Below are positions 1-8,558 of a DNA stretch of 30,056 nucleotides, one piece after another. Source of the stretch: a virus (Duplodnaviria; Heunggongvirae; Uroviricota; Caudoviricetes); IMG/VR virus record IMGVR_UViG_2778261301_000023; one strand, 5' to 3'. How positions within the stretch are numbered: the first letter of the stretch is position 1; each line of letters starts with the position of its first letter. Made by a program: the position numbers and the translations under genes. Under the pieces are notes generated by a model that was not told the DNA's origin, ran no database searches, and was given only the letters and a program-made list of their open reading frames with translations.

Positions 1-1035
1 ATGGAAGATGCAATTCAGGCCTATGAAATCAATGATATTGATGATATAGAAAATATTTTCGGACGAGTTATTTCAGGCGAAGAAATCCACATTGAAAATT
101 TGAAGTTAAACTTCTTAGAAAGTATTGATTTCAAATTTTTTGGTGATGAAGATAAGTATAATGGTACTCTGCCTGCAAGTTTGGCACAGGGTATCTGTGA
201 ATTTCAAACTGAGATGTACAAGGTTTTTACTCTAATCAAGTACAAAACCTCTAACTTACAGAAGCTCACTGCTGAGGATCGAGAAGCTGCAGAGTTGGTT
301 TTTACTATCAATCCTGGCTGCACAGAAATTATCACCTCAGTTAAAGAACTTATTGATTCCTTTGGTAACGCATTTGAGAAGGTAACACAAGGTATGAGCC
401 CAAGACAGAAAACAATGTGTTTCCTGTTTGCTGTCTTAGTTTTAGGCGGCGCATGGGTCGGTACGTCCTACTTAGATCATCAGACACAAGTCGAAACCAA
501 AACTATTGAGTTACAACTGGAAGAAGCAAAACAGCGAGCAGAATCCGAGCGGATGACAATTCTACGCGATGGTATGCTGTCTGCAATAAAAGCACATGAA
601 GGTATTGATACGATAGAGCGCGCCGAAGGTATCCAAGAGCACACAGCTAAGGCATACACTGGAGTTCTTAAAGGTGCATCTGATGCAGACAAAGTGACGA
701 TCCGCGGGGCCAGCAATATTGAGCTTTCGCAAGGTCAGGTTCAAGAAATCATCAAGAACCCAATTGAAAAGGCTAAGTCAGAGCAGCAAACATTGGAAGT
801 TGTCATTGATAGTATAAAACGCTCAGCCGATAAGCTAACGTTAAGCTGCCATGAGCCAACAGGTGATGATTCATTCCCGATCTATGTTGATACCAGTTTT
901 ATCAATGATCCTGATGAAATAGGCTTAATTTTTGACGCGATGAAAAATAATAAAACGGTCAACATCCTTGGTAGTTATAAGATTAGGTCTGGTGTGATAG
1001 AACAAGGTAACGCCTCTACAATCTCACCCCCTTGA
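1..1035 (+). CDS. Hypothetical protein, 344 aa, with one central hydrophobic helix (CFLFAVLVLGGAWVGTSY) followed by a charged coiled-coil-like region; AT-rich accessory gene
   Basis: Intact ORF starting with ATG at the window edge and ending with TGA at 1033-1035, followed by a hairpin. Composition is visibly more AT-rich than the phage structural genes. No recognisable catalytic motif. The true start could lie upstream of the window. Confidence 0.5.
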   Translation: MEDAIQAYEINDIDDIENIFGRVISGEEIHIENLKLNFLESIDFKFFGDEDKYNGTLPASLAQGICEFQTEMYKVFTLIKYKTSNLQKLTAEDREAAELVFTINPGCTEIITSVKELIDSFGNAFEKVTQGMSPRQKTMCFLFAVLVLGGAWVGTSYLDHQTQVETKTIELQLEEAKQRAESERMTILRDGMLSAIKAHEGIDTIERAEGIQEHTAKAYTGVLKGASDADKVTIRGASNIELSQGQVQEIIKNPIEKAKSEQQTLEVVIDSIKRSADKLTLSCHEPTGDDSFPIYVDTSFINDPDEIGLIFDAMKNNKTVNILGSYKIRSGVIEQGNASTISPP

Positions 1036-1040
1036 ACTTC

Positions 1041-1070
1041 AAACCGGCCAATGTGCCGGTTTGTTATTTC
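1041..1070 (+). terminator. Putative intrinsic terminator downstream of the first plus-strand ORF
   Basis: Stem aaaccggc (1041-1048) / gccggttt (1055-1062) with loop caatgt, followed by a T-rich tract (gttatttc). Confidence 0.45.
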
Positions 1071-1133
1071 ATTACAATCCCTCTTGGGTAACATTTTTAT
1101 ATAGATAACAGTCTTAATTTTTGGTAAGGCACC

Positions 1134-1892
1134 ATGCTCACAGAAAAACAGTTTTTTGAACTTATCAAAGCATTACAGTCATCTAATTTCTCAACCACAG
1201 AGATTTTAGGGTTGAGCTTCGCTATTATTATTGCAGCTCTCATAGTGAACTTTATTGTTTCTTTTATAACTGAAAAAGCAAAAATTTCTGCTACCAACGC
1301 TAACTATGAAATACTCAGAAAGCAGTTAGCATTAAATACAACAACTATCAAAGATATAGAAAAAAAGATTACTTCTGAGTTGTGGATTTCTCAACAAATC
1401 TGGCAAAAAAAGTACGATATGTATGAGTACATTTACACTCAGTTACTTAGTATAAAAAAATGGGCTGATAATGAATTTGAAATTATTGAGATTCACATGA
1501 TGCCAACATATGTAGCCAATAGTTATCAAGGATATTTTAATCAAGAACAAGAAAAGCAGTTTTGGGATGAAGTACAACAGGCTCACGAAGACCGTGATAA
1601 AGCACTAAACGATGAAGACCTTAAATTAAAAAATAAAGAGCTACAACAGAAACTTAGCCTAGCCTTCACAGCATTAACAGAGATGATGTTAACTAAAGCA
1701 GTCCTTCTTAATAAAGAAGTAACTGTTATTTTAAATGAATTAATTGAGAATATTGGTACAAATCCGTCCCCACAGGAATATGAAGAACCGGATGATTATG
1801 GATACAGAATCAAGGGGGCCATGGATAAAGCCTTAGAAAAAATAAGAATTAATGCTTTATCTGATTTAGAAATAAAAAATCCAGAATATTAA
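1134..1892 (+). CDS. Hypothetical membrane-anchored protein, 252 aa: N-terminal transmembrane helix (LGLSFAIIIAALIVNFIVSFI) and a long Lys/Glu/Gln-rich coiled-coil-like region; AT-rich accessory gene
   Basis: ATG at 1134 preceded by AAGG 5 nt upstream. Intact ORF, AT-rich. No recognisable enzymatic motif. Confidence 0.5.
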   Translation: MLTEKQFFELIKALQSSNFSTTEILGLSFAIIIAALIVNFIVSFITEKAKISATNANYEILRKQLALNTTTIKDIEKKITSELWISQQIWQKKYDMYEYIYTQLLSIKKWADNEFEIIEIHMMPTYVANSYQGYFNQEQEKQFWDEVQQAHEDRDKALNDEDLKLKNKELQQKLSLAFTALTEMMLTKAVLLNKEVTVILNELIENIGTNPSPQEYEEPDDYGYRIKGAMDKALEKIRINALSDLEIKNPEY

Positions 1893-2007
1893 TCCCCGTC
1901 ATGTGGTGACAGAGGAATAAAATTCAATTTCTCTTGCGCGTGAAATGCGTAAAATGAGTAATGGCTGGAAATCATTCAATACTCGCACTATCAAAAGTTT
2001 ACTAGCC

Positions 2008-2055
2008 AAACCGCAGCACGTCCTGCATACGTCGTGTCTGCGGTTTTTCTTTTTT
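2008..2055 (+). terminator. Putative intrinsic terminator between the convergent plus-strand cargo genes and the minus-strand tail fiber assembly gene
   Basis: Stem aaaccgcag (2008-2016) / ctgcggttt (2037-2045) around an internally paired loop, followed by tttttcttttttg on the plus strand. Confidence 0.35.
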
Positions 2056-2057
2056 GC

Positions 2058-2420
2058 TTACATTGTGTCTGGTTCTTCCGGCCACTCAATATCAGGTGCA
2101 GTTGATGTATCAACACGGTTCAGCAACACCCGATACTTTTTCCAGGCTTCCAGCAACGAATTTTCTTCCTCCGTTGCGATCTCCAGATCTACAGCATCCT
2201 GAAGCGGCGCTATATGCTCACTGGCTACCTGCATCAGGCTGTTTTTTGTTTCTTCCGCCTCCCGGATCCGGAATAGTTTTTCTGCTTCTGCATCTTTCAC
2301 CCAGGCTGTACCGTTCCACTTCTGATATTCCCCTTCCGGCGACAACCAGGTGACATTTTCCGCTAATGGGCCTGGTTCAGAGATAAATAGTGCGTCCCCG
2401 GAAGCCAAGTCAAAGAGCAT
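2058..2420 (-). CDS. tfa: Tail fiber assembly protein, lambda Tfa-like C-terminal region (120 aa, shorter than full-length lambda Tfa)
   Basis: Translation ([14 protein letters not shown]...[35 protein letters not shown]...APDIEWP) closely resembles, from memory, the C-terminal two-thirds of lambda Tfa and related tail fiber assembly proteins. Confidence 0.75.
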   Translation of the reverse strand: MLFDLASGDALFISEPGPLAENVTWLSPEGEYQKWNGTAWVKDAEAEKLFRIREAEETKNSLMQVASEHIAPLQDAVDLEIATEEENSLLEAWKKYRVLLNRVDTSTAPDIEWPEEPDTM

Positions 2421-2513
2421 TTTTCCCCTGTGACCTTCAACGGCTACTTACTGTTTAAAAACAGCTACGATGCCAGCATAGATCCTCTTGAATACGATGT
2501 ACTACGTTTTTTC

Positions 2514-2942
2514 TTATTCTGGACTGAACTCCCTAACCTGCTTCAAATCCAGGAGATTGCTCAGTTCCTCTTTCATTTCACGCTGATGACGATAAATCTC
2601 ATTATTGCGATCAACCTGCGCCTGCGCCATAGCTGCAGCCAGCTCCTCCAGTTCCGTCATCGACAGTTTCACCTGCTGATTATCAGCATCACTCCATGTC
2701 ATAACGTCCCACTGCCCTGAGTCAGCCCCTGCAGCCATTACCACCGGGTAAAGGCGGGCCAGCGAGTCGGGGCCGCCATTCCAGGTGTGTCCGTTCCATT
2801 CGAATGTGAACGGCTGCGCTTCCTGTTCTGTGCGCCACACCTCGATTTCCCGCTTTCTGGCATCCTTTCCCACGGCGATAAGTTCTGGCGTGACGGTGAA
2901 CGCAGGGCTGTCCAGTGGCGCTTTTGTTTTCGTCTCGTCCAT
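2514..2942 (-). CDS. Tail-fibre-derived ORF (142 aa): N-terminus carries the conserved fibre motif (MDETKTKAPLDSPAFT); probably the 3' remnant of a disrupted second tail fiber gene
   Basis: ATG at 2940-2942. The stretch immediately upstream, read in a shifted frame, gives LAATPKAVKTV, matching the conserved LAATPKAVK-VMDETN-KAPL motif that I recall from P2 H and lambda Stf fibers. Confidence 0.45.
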   Translation of the reverse strand: MDETKTKAPLDSPAFTVTPELIAVGKDARKREIEVWRTEQEAQPFTFEWNGHTWNGGPDSLARLYPVVMAAGADSGQWDVMTWSDADNQQVKLSMTELEELAAAMAQAQVDRNNEIYRHQREMKEELSNLLDLKQVREFSPE

Positions 2943-3250
2943 GACGGTTTTGACAGCCTTTGGCGTGGCTGCCAGTACTTCGCTGTCGTTGTCTGTATCA
3001 CTACAGAGTTGCGCCAGACCTTTTTTGTCGTGGAAGCATTGCTTCCCTTCAGATCATCAACTATCCATTGCGCCTCGTCCCTGTGCTGTTTCGCGCTCTG
3101 CTGCGCCTGCACCACAGTTTCCTGTCACCACGTCGGCAACTGTGCGCATCACACCTCTGAGGTGTTTACCCGGGATTTCAGAGTTATGTGGCATCCGTAC
3201 ATGGGGATGCCTGCGCCATCAATCAGCGCACCTGATATCACTACAGACAT
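2943..3250 (-). pseudogene. Degenerate 5' part of a lambdoid side-tail-fibre (Stf-like) gene, broken by frameshifts and a large internal deletion
   Basis: ATG at 3248-3250 opens MSVVISGALIDGAGIPMYGCHITLKSRVNTSEV followed by a stop; the next segments continue in two other frames (..AQAQQSAKQHRDEAQWIVDDLKGSNASTTKK, then ..LAATPKAVKTV). The N-terminus resembles the lambda Stf N-terminus as I recall it. No single frame stays open. Confidence 0.55.
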
Positions 3251-3273
3251 AGTTTTTCTCGCGATAAATTAAA

Positions 3274-3816
3274 TCAGGAAGAGGCTTCCAGAGAGACGGG
3301 CCATTCAATGGCGTTATATGAGGATTTATCAGTGATGGTGCTGAAATCCATCGCCTGCAGCGATTTCGCGTAAATGCGGTACGCTTTCAGCTTCTCCCTG
3401 TCGTCGTCACTGATTAATCCCAGCAGCAGGTCTTTTTCCCATTCGCTGGTCATGATGCTGACCCGTTGTAACAGGGCATCGCGCTCATCTTCCGCTTTAA
3501 GTTTGTAGTCGAAGACAAATTTATCGTCGCGGTAAAACCAGTAACCAGGCACGGTAATACGGCGGTTAGCGGTAATATCAGGAACTTCAATAACACTGGC
3601 GTTACGGGGTTCAATGCCTGTCACATCCTTACCGACCCATACCACGCGCCCGTCTCCGGTGTAAACCATTTTTATGGTGTCACTGGCAAAATTTTTCAGC
3701 TCTTCATACCAGTTTTGGTCATCTTCCGAAAAAAGCCAGGTGATACCATGTTGTTTTGTCATCTGATATTGTTCTGCGGTTTTCGGATTGCCTGCAGTAA
3801 TATTTTTTAAATGCAA
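3274..3816 (-). CDS. Tail fiber assembly protein (Mu U / P2 G-like chaperone), 180 aa
   Basis: Directly downstream of the large fiber gene; size and position are typical. The frame opens with TTG at 3816; an internal ATG (MTKQHG) is an alternative start. Confidence 0.65.
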   Translation of the reverse strand: MHLKNITAGNPKTAEQYQMTKQHGITWLFSEDDQNWYEELKNFASDTIKMVYTGDGRVVWVGKDVTGIEPRNASVIEVPDITANRRITVPGYWFYRDDKFVFDYKLKAEDERDALLQRVSIMTSEWEKDLLLGLISDDDREKLKAYRIYAKSLQAMDFSTITDKSSYNAIEWPVSLEASS

Positions 3817-3821
3817 TATTG

Positions 3822-5375
3822 TTAAACACTCGCCACGTTATACCAGGTGCCGTTAATCAGTTTCTGAAGCGGTCGGTAATACACGCCGTTGACGTTATCC
3901 GCTGAATTTTTACCAGTATCCGATATCGATATCCCTGACAATCCGTGTCCCGCAGGAGCGTGATATGTCCAAGAGATTACATTGCTGCCAGGTTTGTAAT
4001 ACATTTCGGAACCATAGCGCACATCCTGCACGCCGCCATTTCGCTGCTGATAACGGGCATCGAAATTTCCATAGTTTGATGGGGTCATCTGTCCGTTTAC
4101 AGCGAATGTGATACTGCCATCGGTATTTCTCTGGCTGTAAAAATGCCAGCCGGAATCATCACCAAGCTCTGCAACTACAGGTCGGGATGAATTACCCCAT
4201 AAATTAAACGTTGCGTTTTTCGTGGAGTTGTTGGCGCTGGATAACGTGAATTTTTTAGCATTTCCGGCCTGAATATTTTTTAACGCTATCGCCACACCAT
4301 TCTGGAAACGAAATACATGCTGTCCATTCGCATAAACATCCAGAATGCCGTCGCCGTTTTGTTTTATACCTGTATCGTTATCCCCGAAAGCAATTGAGTT
4401 TCCGCCCAGCGCGTTCTGAACGCCGATACCCAGTGCACCATTGACCTGAGAACCACCGCCAACAGACACTTTATGCGACATGGATATCTCTCCTGTCCGC
4501 AAATTAATGGTGAGCGGACGCAGGGGACCAATATCTCCATTCTCGCCCTGACCTTCACTAGTAGGGATAAGGTGCAGGCACTCTTCAGAACGGCGAAAAA
4601 TAAGGCCAAAAGCCTCGTTAAAAATCCTCAATGCATTAACACCACGTATTTTCAGCTCCCCGGTCATCAAATCACCAGATTTTTTTACATATCGCAGATC
4701 AAAATCTGAATAGATATTGCCGGGGTTTATCACACTGAAATAGCTTTTCTCGCTATCAAGAAGGCAAATCAAAGGAATACCCTTAATGATATCATTCGCT
4801 ACCAGCTCGGACTTGTTCCCCTTATAAAGTGGGAACGTACCAAGAACCTTTCCGCCTAGTGTTAGTTGAAGTGTCGCCGCGTTGGTATTGTTCTGAACGG
4901 GGAAAACTATAATCGGGGTTCGTAGCGTCCAATCTGTACCTCCATTAACAAAAAACGTCGAGGGAAGTTCCAGCGTCAGTGCGTTTGCAGTGCCACCAGT
5001 AACACCCGCAATATAATGACCGCTCTGAAGCTGCGCTATTTGTACGAAATAGTTTTCCGAACCACGCGTGGCAAAGTTAGCCACAACATCATTAAGGGAC
5101 CAACCTTTCGCGGTTGTTCCTTCCTGCCCACGAATGACTTTCAACACATCACCGCTTACCGATACCAAGTGACAAATCTCAAATGCAGACTCTTTATTAT
5201 CGGTAAGCGTAATTTTTGCATAGACGCGTTGCCCGTTCGATTTATTTTCAAAATCGGCAGAAAGCAATTTTGCAAATTTAGCCCCTGTACCGGGCATTAC
5301 CGGAATATCAGTCTGAATCGTGGTGATATCACCAGCCAGTGCTGAAACAACGTTATTGCCGAACCCAAGAATCAT
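3822..5375 (-). CDS. Tail fiber protein, 517 aa
   Basis: Large Gly/Asn/Ser/Thr-rich protein between the baseplate genes and the tail fiber assembly gene. Its start overlaps the stop of the upstream gene (ATGA). Confidence 0.7.
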   Translation of the reverse strand: MILGFGNNVVSALAGDITTIQTDIPVMPGTGAKFAKLLSADFENKSNGQRVYAKITLTDNKESAFEICHLVSVSGDVLKVIRGQEGTTAKGWSLNDVVANFATRGSENYFVQIAQLQSGHYIAGVTGGTANALTLELPSTFFVNGGTDWTLRTPIIVFPVQNNTNAATLQLTLGGKVLGTFPLYKGNKSELVANDIIKGIPLICLLDSEKSYFSVINPGNIYSDFDLRYVKKSGDLMTGELKIRGVNALRIFNEAFGLIFRRSEECLHLIPTSEGQGENGDIGPLRPLTINLRTGEISMSHKVSVGGGSQVNGALGIGVQNALGGNSIAFGDNDTGIKQNGDGILDVYANGQHVFRFQNGVAIALKNIQAGNAKKFTLSSANNSTKNATFNLWGNSSRPVVAELGDDSGWHFYSQRNTDGSITFAVNGQMTPSNYGNFDARYQQRNGGVQDVRYGSEMYYKPGSNVISWTYHAPAGHGLSGISISDTGKNSADNVNGVYYRPLQKLINGTWYNVASV

Positions 5376-5998
5376 TTTTGAATCACCGTTGTTGCATAAG
5401 AATAAATAAAAGGGAGTTTTACATATTTCTGGTCAATGGCATCTTTCAGAAAATAGCCTATACCATCACCATATTCTGGTATATGAATAGAAAAAACACT
5501 GTCCGACACAGTCACGCTCACATCAAAAGTGTGCTGCAACGGCGGGTCTATTCCGTTTTTCCCATGAATGAACCGTGCCACACGGCGCTTTAACCAGTCA
5601 ATACAGAAATGCGAACCGTCAGCCTTATAAAAATTCCAAGTTAATATTCGCTTGAAATAATCATCCGGAACATACGATGCCTGCCCCGGAACATAATTCC
5701 GCATTGCCGCATAAGGGATTGTATTGTATTCAATGGTATCGTATGCGCCGCGTGCAATAGCCTCCTCGGAAACCTGTAGTAAAGGCCTTTCAACGCCATA
5801 AATCCCGAGAGCAATCCAGTCCAGCAATTGCCCGGTTATTGATTCCGATGTCCAGCATGGCAATGCCAGATTGTTGAGTGAATCGAGGTATTCCTGAGCA
5901 ATTTCATTGTATGCATCAAAGAACGCAACAACATTCGGATCATCTCTGTACTGCACAAACGGATAAGCAGGGAGAATTTTTTCAGTCAGATATTGCAT
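5372..5998 (-). CDS. Baseplate/tail protein (P2 gpI / Mu gp48-like position)
   Basis: The track ORF runs 5372..6106 but overlaps the J-like gene by about 125 nt. The internal Met (MQYLTEKILPAYPF) at 5998 gives a short, coupling-type overlap. Assignment is by position between the J-like gene and the fiber. Confidence 0.55.
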   Translation of the reverse strand: MQYLTEKILPAYPFVQYRDDPNVVAFFDAYNEIAQEYLDSLNNLALPCWTSESITGQLLDWIALGIYGVERPLLQVSEEAIARGAYDTIEYNTIPYAAMRNYVPGQASYVPDDYFKRILTWNFYKADGSHFCIDWLKRRVARFIHGKNGIDPPLQHTFDVSVTVSDSVFSIHIPEYGDGIGYFLKDAIDQKYVKLPFIYSYATTVIQK

Positions 5999-7208
5999 AC
6001 TTGTTAACTTGAACCTGTGATGCCACTGTCGAAAAATAGGAATAGGTATCGCCATAAACCAGGCTTGTGTCTTTTGCCGGAAGAACAATATGACCATTAA
6101 TGCCAATGCTCACACTGATTGTTGAGATCAACGTCGCATCAACCAGCAACCTGACAGAACTGGTAAAAATATCCTGGATACGCAGAAGATTTATCGGGTG
6201 TCCGACTTCAATTGAATTGATGTAATCAGCAACGTTTTGCTGCACAGCCATAGCAATACCCGCCGGATCAACATAATCATCAGACACCGTGTTCCAGGTG
6301 ATTAGCACCATGACGTTTTGTGATGACGGGATAACGAACGGCACCTGATAAACGTCCGGCGAAACGGTTATTGAAACCGTGCGTTTTTCCACTGCCGCAC
6401 CGGATGGATTGCTTACATCGTTGGTCAGTTTCGAAATATCCGGTACAGATTTGTAAATCGCATAAGCCACATCATACGGATCACCGCCACCAACAACCGC
6501 AACCCATTTCCCCAGCGACGACTGCCGGAAAGAAATCAGGTTTTCTCGCACACCGCTTACTGATTTGAGCATCGCTTTATAGCAATCCGGTGTTCCCTGC
6601 ACACCAAACATACCGGACTCCATGACTTCGGCGCGGTAAGATGCCCACGTCTGCGCCTCCTGACCTGGCATCCCTGCGGTAAGGTTCGTGCATTTTACAG
6701 GCTGGTCTTTTGGTACTGAGGTAATAACCTGCGTCACAGTCCCTTCCGGTACAGCCCATGAGCCTGACGTTGTGGCCACACAGTAGACTGGTTCAGTCTG
6801 CCCACTTTCCGGCACCACCGTATCGCGGGAAACTGCATACTGGTAGTTGCCATCACCGACAACAAATCCTTTAGGGATACCAAACCCCGGCAACGCCTCA
6901 AATACCACGTATACCGCCGTATTTGTACTTAATCCCTTCTGTGCTCCATAAATGTTTCCGAGTTGCATCAGTAACGGAATATTTGCGCCGTATGGGCTTA
7001 CGGAGTTAATAAGGTCCACCCGCGCCTGGTCTATTAATGCCAGCGCCCCGACTGCCGTGCTGGCAAGGTCAGTAATAAGCCCCGCCGGAAGGTTGGCTGT
7101 ATATCCAGGTACTTTTTCAGCAACTCTGATGATAAGATTTGCAAGCAAATCATTGGGTGGCGTAGGCTGCGCCCCCGCACTGGTCATAGTAATTGGTATT
7201 TCTGACAT
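5982..7208 (-). CDS. Baseplate J-like protein, 408 aa
   Basis: Size and position are typical of the baseplate J family in Mu/P2-type tails. GGAG ribosome-binding site upstream of the ATG at 7206-7208. Confidence 0.65.
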   Translation of the reverse strand: MSEIPITMTSAGAQPTPPNDLLANLIIRVAEKVPGYTANLPAGLITDLASTAVGALALIDQARVDLINSVSPYGANIPLLMQLGNIYGAQKGLSTNTAVYVVFEALPGFGIPKGFVVGDGNYQYAVSRDTVVPESGQTEPVYCVATTSGSWAVPEGTVTQVITSVPKDQPVKCTNLTAGMPGQEAQTWASYRAEVMESGMFGVQGTPDCYKAMLKSVSGVRENLISFRQSSLGKWVAVVGGGDPYDVAYAIYKSVPDISKLTNDVSNPSGAAVEKRTVSITVSPDVYQVPFVIPSSQNVMVLITWNTVSDDYVDPAGIAMAVQQNVADYINSIEVGHPINLLRIQDIFTSSVRLLVDATLISTISVSIGINGHIVLPAKDTSLVYGDTYSYFSTVASQVQVNKYAISD

Positions 7209-7220
7209 ATTTACTCCATT

Positions 7221-7246
7221 AAAAAACCCGCTTTCGCGGGTTTTTT
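7221..7246 (-). terminator. Palindromic intrinsic terminator immediately 3' of the inserted nuclease gene and 13 bp upstream of the J-like start
   Basis: aaaaaa-cccgc-tttc-gcggg-tttttt: GC stem flanked by A6 and T6, so it can act in either direction. Confidence 0.6.
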
Positions 7247-7248
7247 AC

Positions 7249-8409
7249 TTATTCAACCTCTTCTAAACTGCTCACTCTGGACCCTCGGCGGAAATTATCA
7301 TCATTTTTAACATACTCGTATGAATCCAGAATCAAACCAGATATGCGAAGTATATCTTCCGGATTAGTTATATGTATCCTTTTACCATCCGTATCAAGTC
7401 GAGCTCGTCTTATTTCATTCAACTGAACTTCACTAAGCGAAATAGGTAAAGTTATAAATGAAGATTTTTTATCATAAAATCTTAACAGCCATCTATTAGT
7501 TTTACCATTCAATAGCACACCAAAATATGACTCAGTATCTTTATATTCTATATTATCTTCTGTTTGTATGATTTGTTTTACCCTTTCAAATAGCTCCAAT
7601 TCTTTGGCTGTGGTTATTATGTTGGGGTTTTCTTCATCAACAATGGCGTTATTAACTTGTGTATCCGTTGCATCATTTTCTTTAGTTTGCTCTACCGGTT
7701 GTGTAGATAGCCCGGAAACCACCATTGCGCTAACAGCGCGCTCAACGGCCTGTTTAACTAATGGAGTCACGAACTCAAGAAATCTCTGATTAAGTTGTCT
7801 CTCAATATTTGAACGACTAGCAACATATCGAACAAACTCCAGATCAACTTCACGAAGACTAGAACTGATTGTTTTAGTAAATGAATTCAAATAAACACTT
7901 TCTTCAGCCAGTGTCCGTAAAGCCTCTGGTTTGAATTTATCATAACGAAAACGAAATAATTGTGTAATATCGGAGTGAGTTAGAGAATCCATTCTTATTT
8001 TTAAAAACGGCGTTGAATCCATTATGTTTTTTTGTTTCAAATCCGTAAAAAAACGCCATTCAACACCATTTGTAATGGCTGATATAGTAACTTCCGGTGT
8101 TGAATTAAAATATCTTGATAGCTGTGGGCAGTGATTATCAATTTGTTCTGAAAACGATTTCGCCTCAATGAACATCACAGGAACATCATGACAAAATAAA
8201 GCGTAATCAACCCGTTCATTAGCCTTAACCCCGGGGAAGTCAGCACTATACTCAGCTTTGACTTTTCTTGGATCATACGGAGTAAAACCAAGAATATCTA
8301 GTAATGGCATAATGAGTGCTTGTTTTGTCGTTTCTTCAGTTGTACAAAACACCCCCATTTTTGCAACATGCTCTGTGTGTATTTTTAACTTATTTGCAAA
8401 ATTTTCCAT
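7249..8409 (-). CDS. Stand-alone PD-(D/E)xK nuclease of the type I restriction HsdR N-terminal (HsdR_N) kind with an uncharacterised C-terminal half; AT-rich cargo gene
   Basis: N-terminal region shows the HsdR_N-type pattern: TTEETTKQALIMPLLDILGF ... RVDYALF ... VMFIEAKSF, giving candidate D and E-x-K catalytic residues. The strong GGAGGAG site lies before the second ATG (8407-8409); the track ORF extends to 8424. The gene is strikingly more AT-rich than the flanking baseplate genes and has its own terminator. Confidence 0.6.
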   Translation of the reverse strand: MENFANKLKIHTEHVAKMGVFCTTEETTKQALIMPLLDILGFTPYDPRKVKAEYSADFPGVKANERVDYALFCHDVPVMFIEAKSFSEQIDNHCPQLSRYFNSTPEVTISAITNGVEWRFFTDLKQKNIMDSTPFLKIRMDSLTHSDITQLFRFRYDKFKPEALRTLAEESVYLNSFTKTISSSLREVDLEFVRYVASRSNIERQLNQRFLEFVTPLVKQAVERAVSAMVVSGLSTQPVEQTKENDATDTQVNNAIVDEENPNIITTAKELELFERVKQIIQTEDNIEYKDTESYFGVLLNGKTNRWLLRFYDKKSSFITLPISLSEVQLNEIRRARLDTDGKRIHITNPEDILRISGLILDSYEYVKNDDNFRRGSRVSSLEEVE

Positions 8410-8437
8410 GCTTGTCTCCTCCATGGTAACAATATGT

Positions 8438-8467
8438 ATTTTGCAAATCCGAAATAATATATGTCAA
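8438..8467 (-). promoter_or_regulatory. Possible sigma70-like promoter for the nuclease cargo gene
   Basis: On the minus strand, TTGACA (plus 8462-8467) is followed after about 18 nt by CAAAAT/CATATT-like -10 candidates inside a 134-bp AT-rich intergenic region. The -10 match is weak. Confidence 0.25.
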
Positions 8468-8558
8468 TATGCTCCAGCTTAGAAAATTACTCGCCCCCCT
8501 AAAATATCTCTCTACAGCACTCCAAACCAAGGTAAAAGTTTTATCATAAAACTGTGAT

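Noticed and set aside
1-1892. Serotype-conversion gtrA/gtrB/gtr(type) cluster at the prophage end
   Set aside because: The two proteins have single transmembrane helices and coiled coils, not the multi-pass or GT2-plus-transmembrane architectures of Gtr proteins.
2785-3272. Plus-strand ORFs (155 and 161 aa) across the tail-fiber remnant region
   Set aside because: Antisense to recognisable minus-strand fiber-derived coding sequence, with no start context or motifs; treated as shadow ORFs.
2058-5375. Invertible tail-fiber switch (Mu G-segment-like)
   Set aside because: Both fiber/Tfa sets are on the same strand, no invertase gene is present and I found no flanking inverted repeats. The second set is a decayed remnant, not an alternative cassette.
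5998-6106. N-terminal extension of the tail protein ORF (track 5372..6106)
   Set aside because: Would overlap the J-like gene by about 125 nt; the internal Met gives the usual short coupling overlap.
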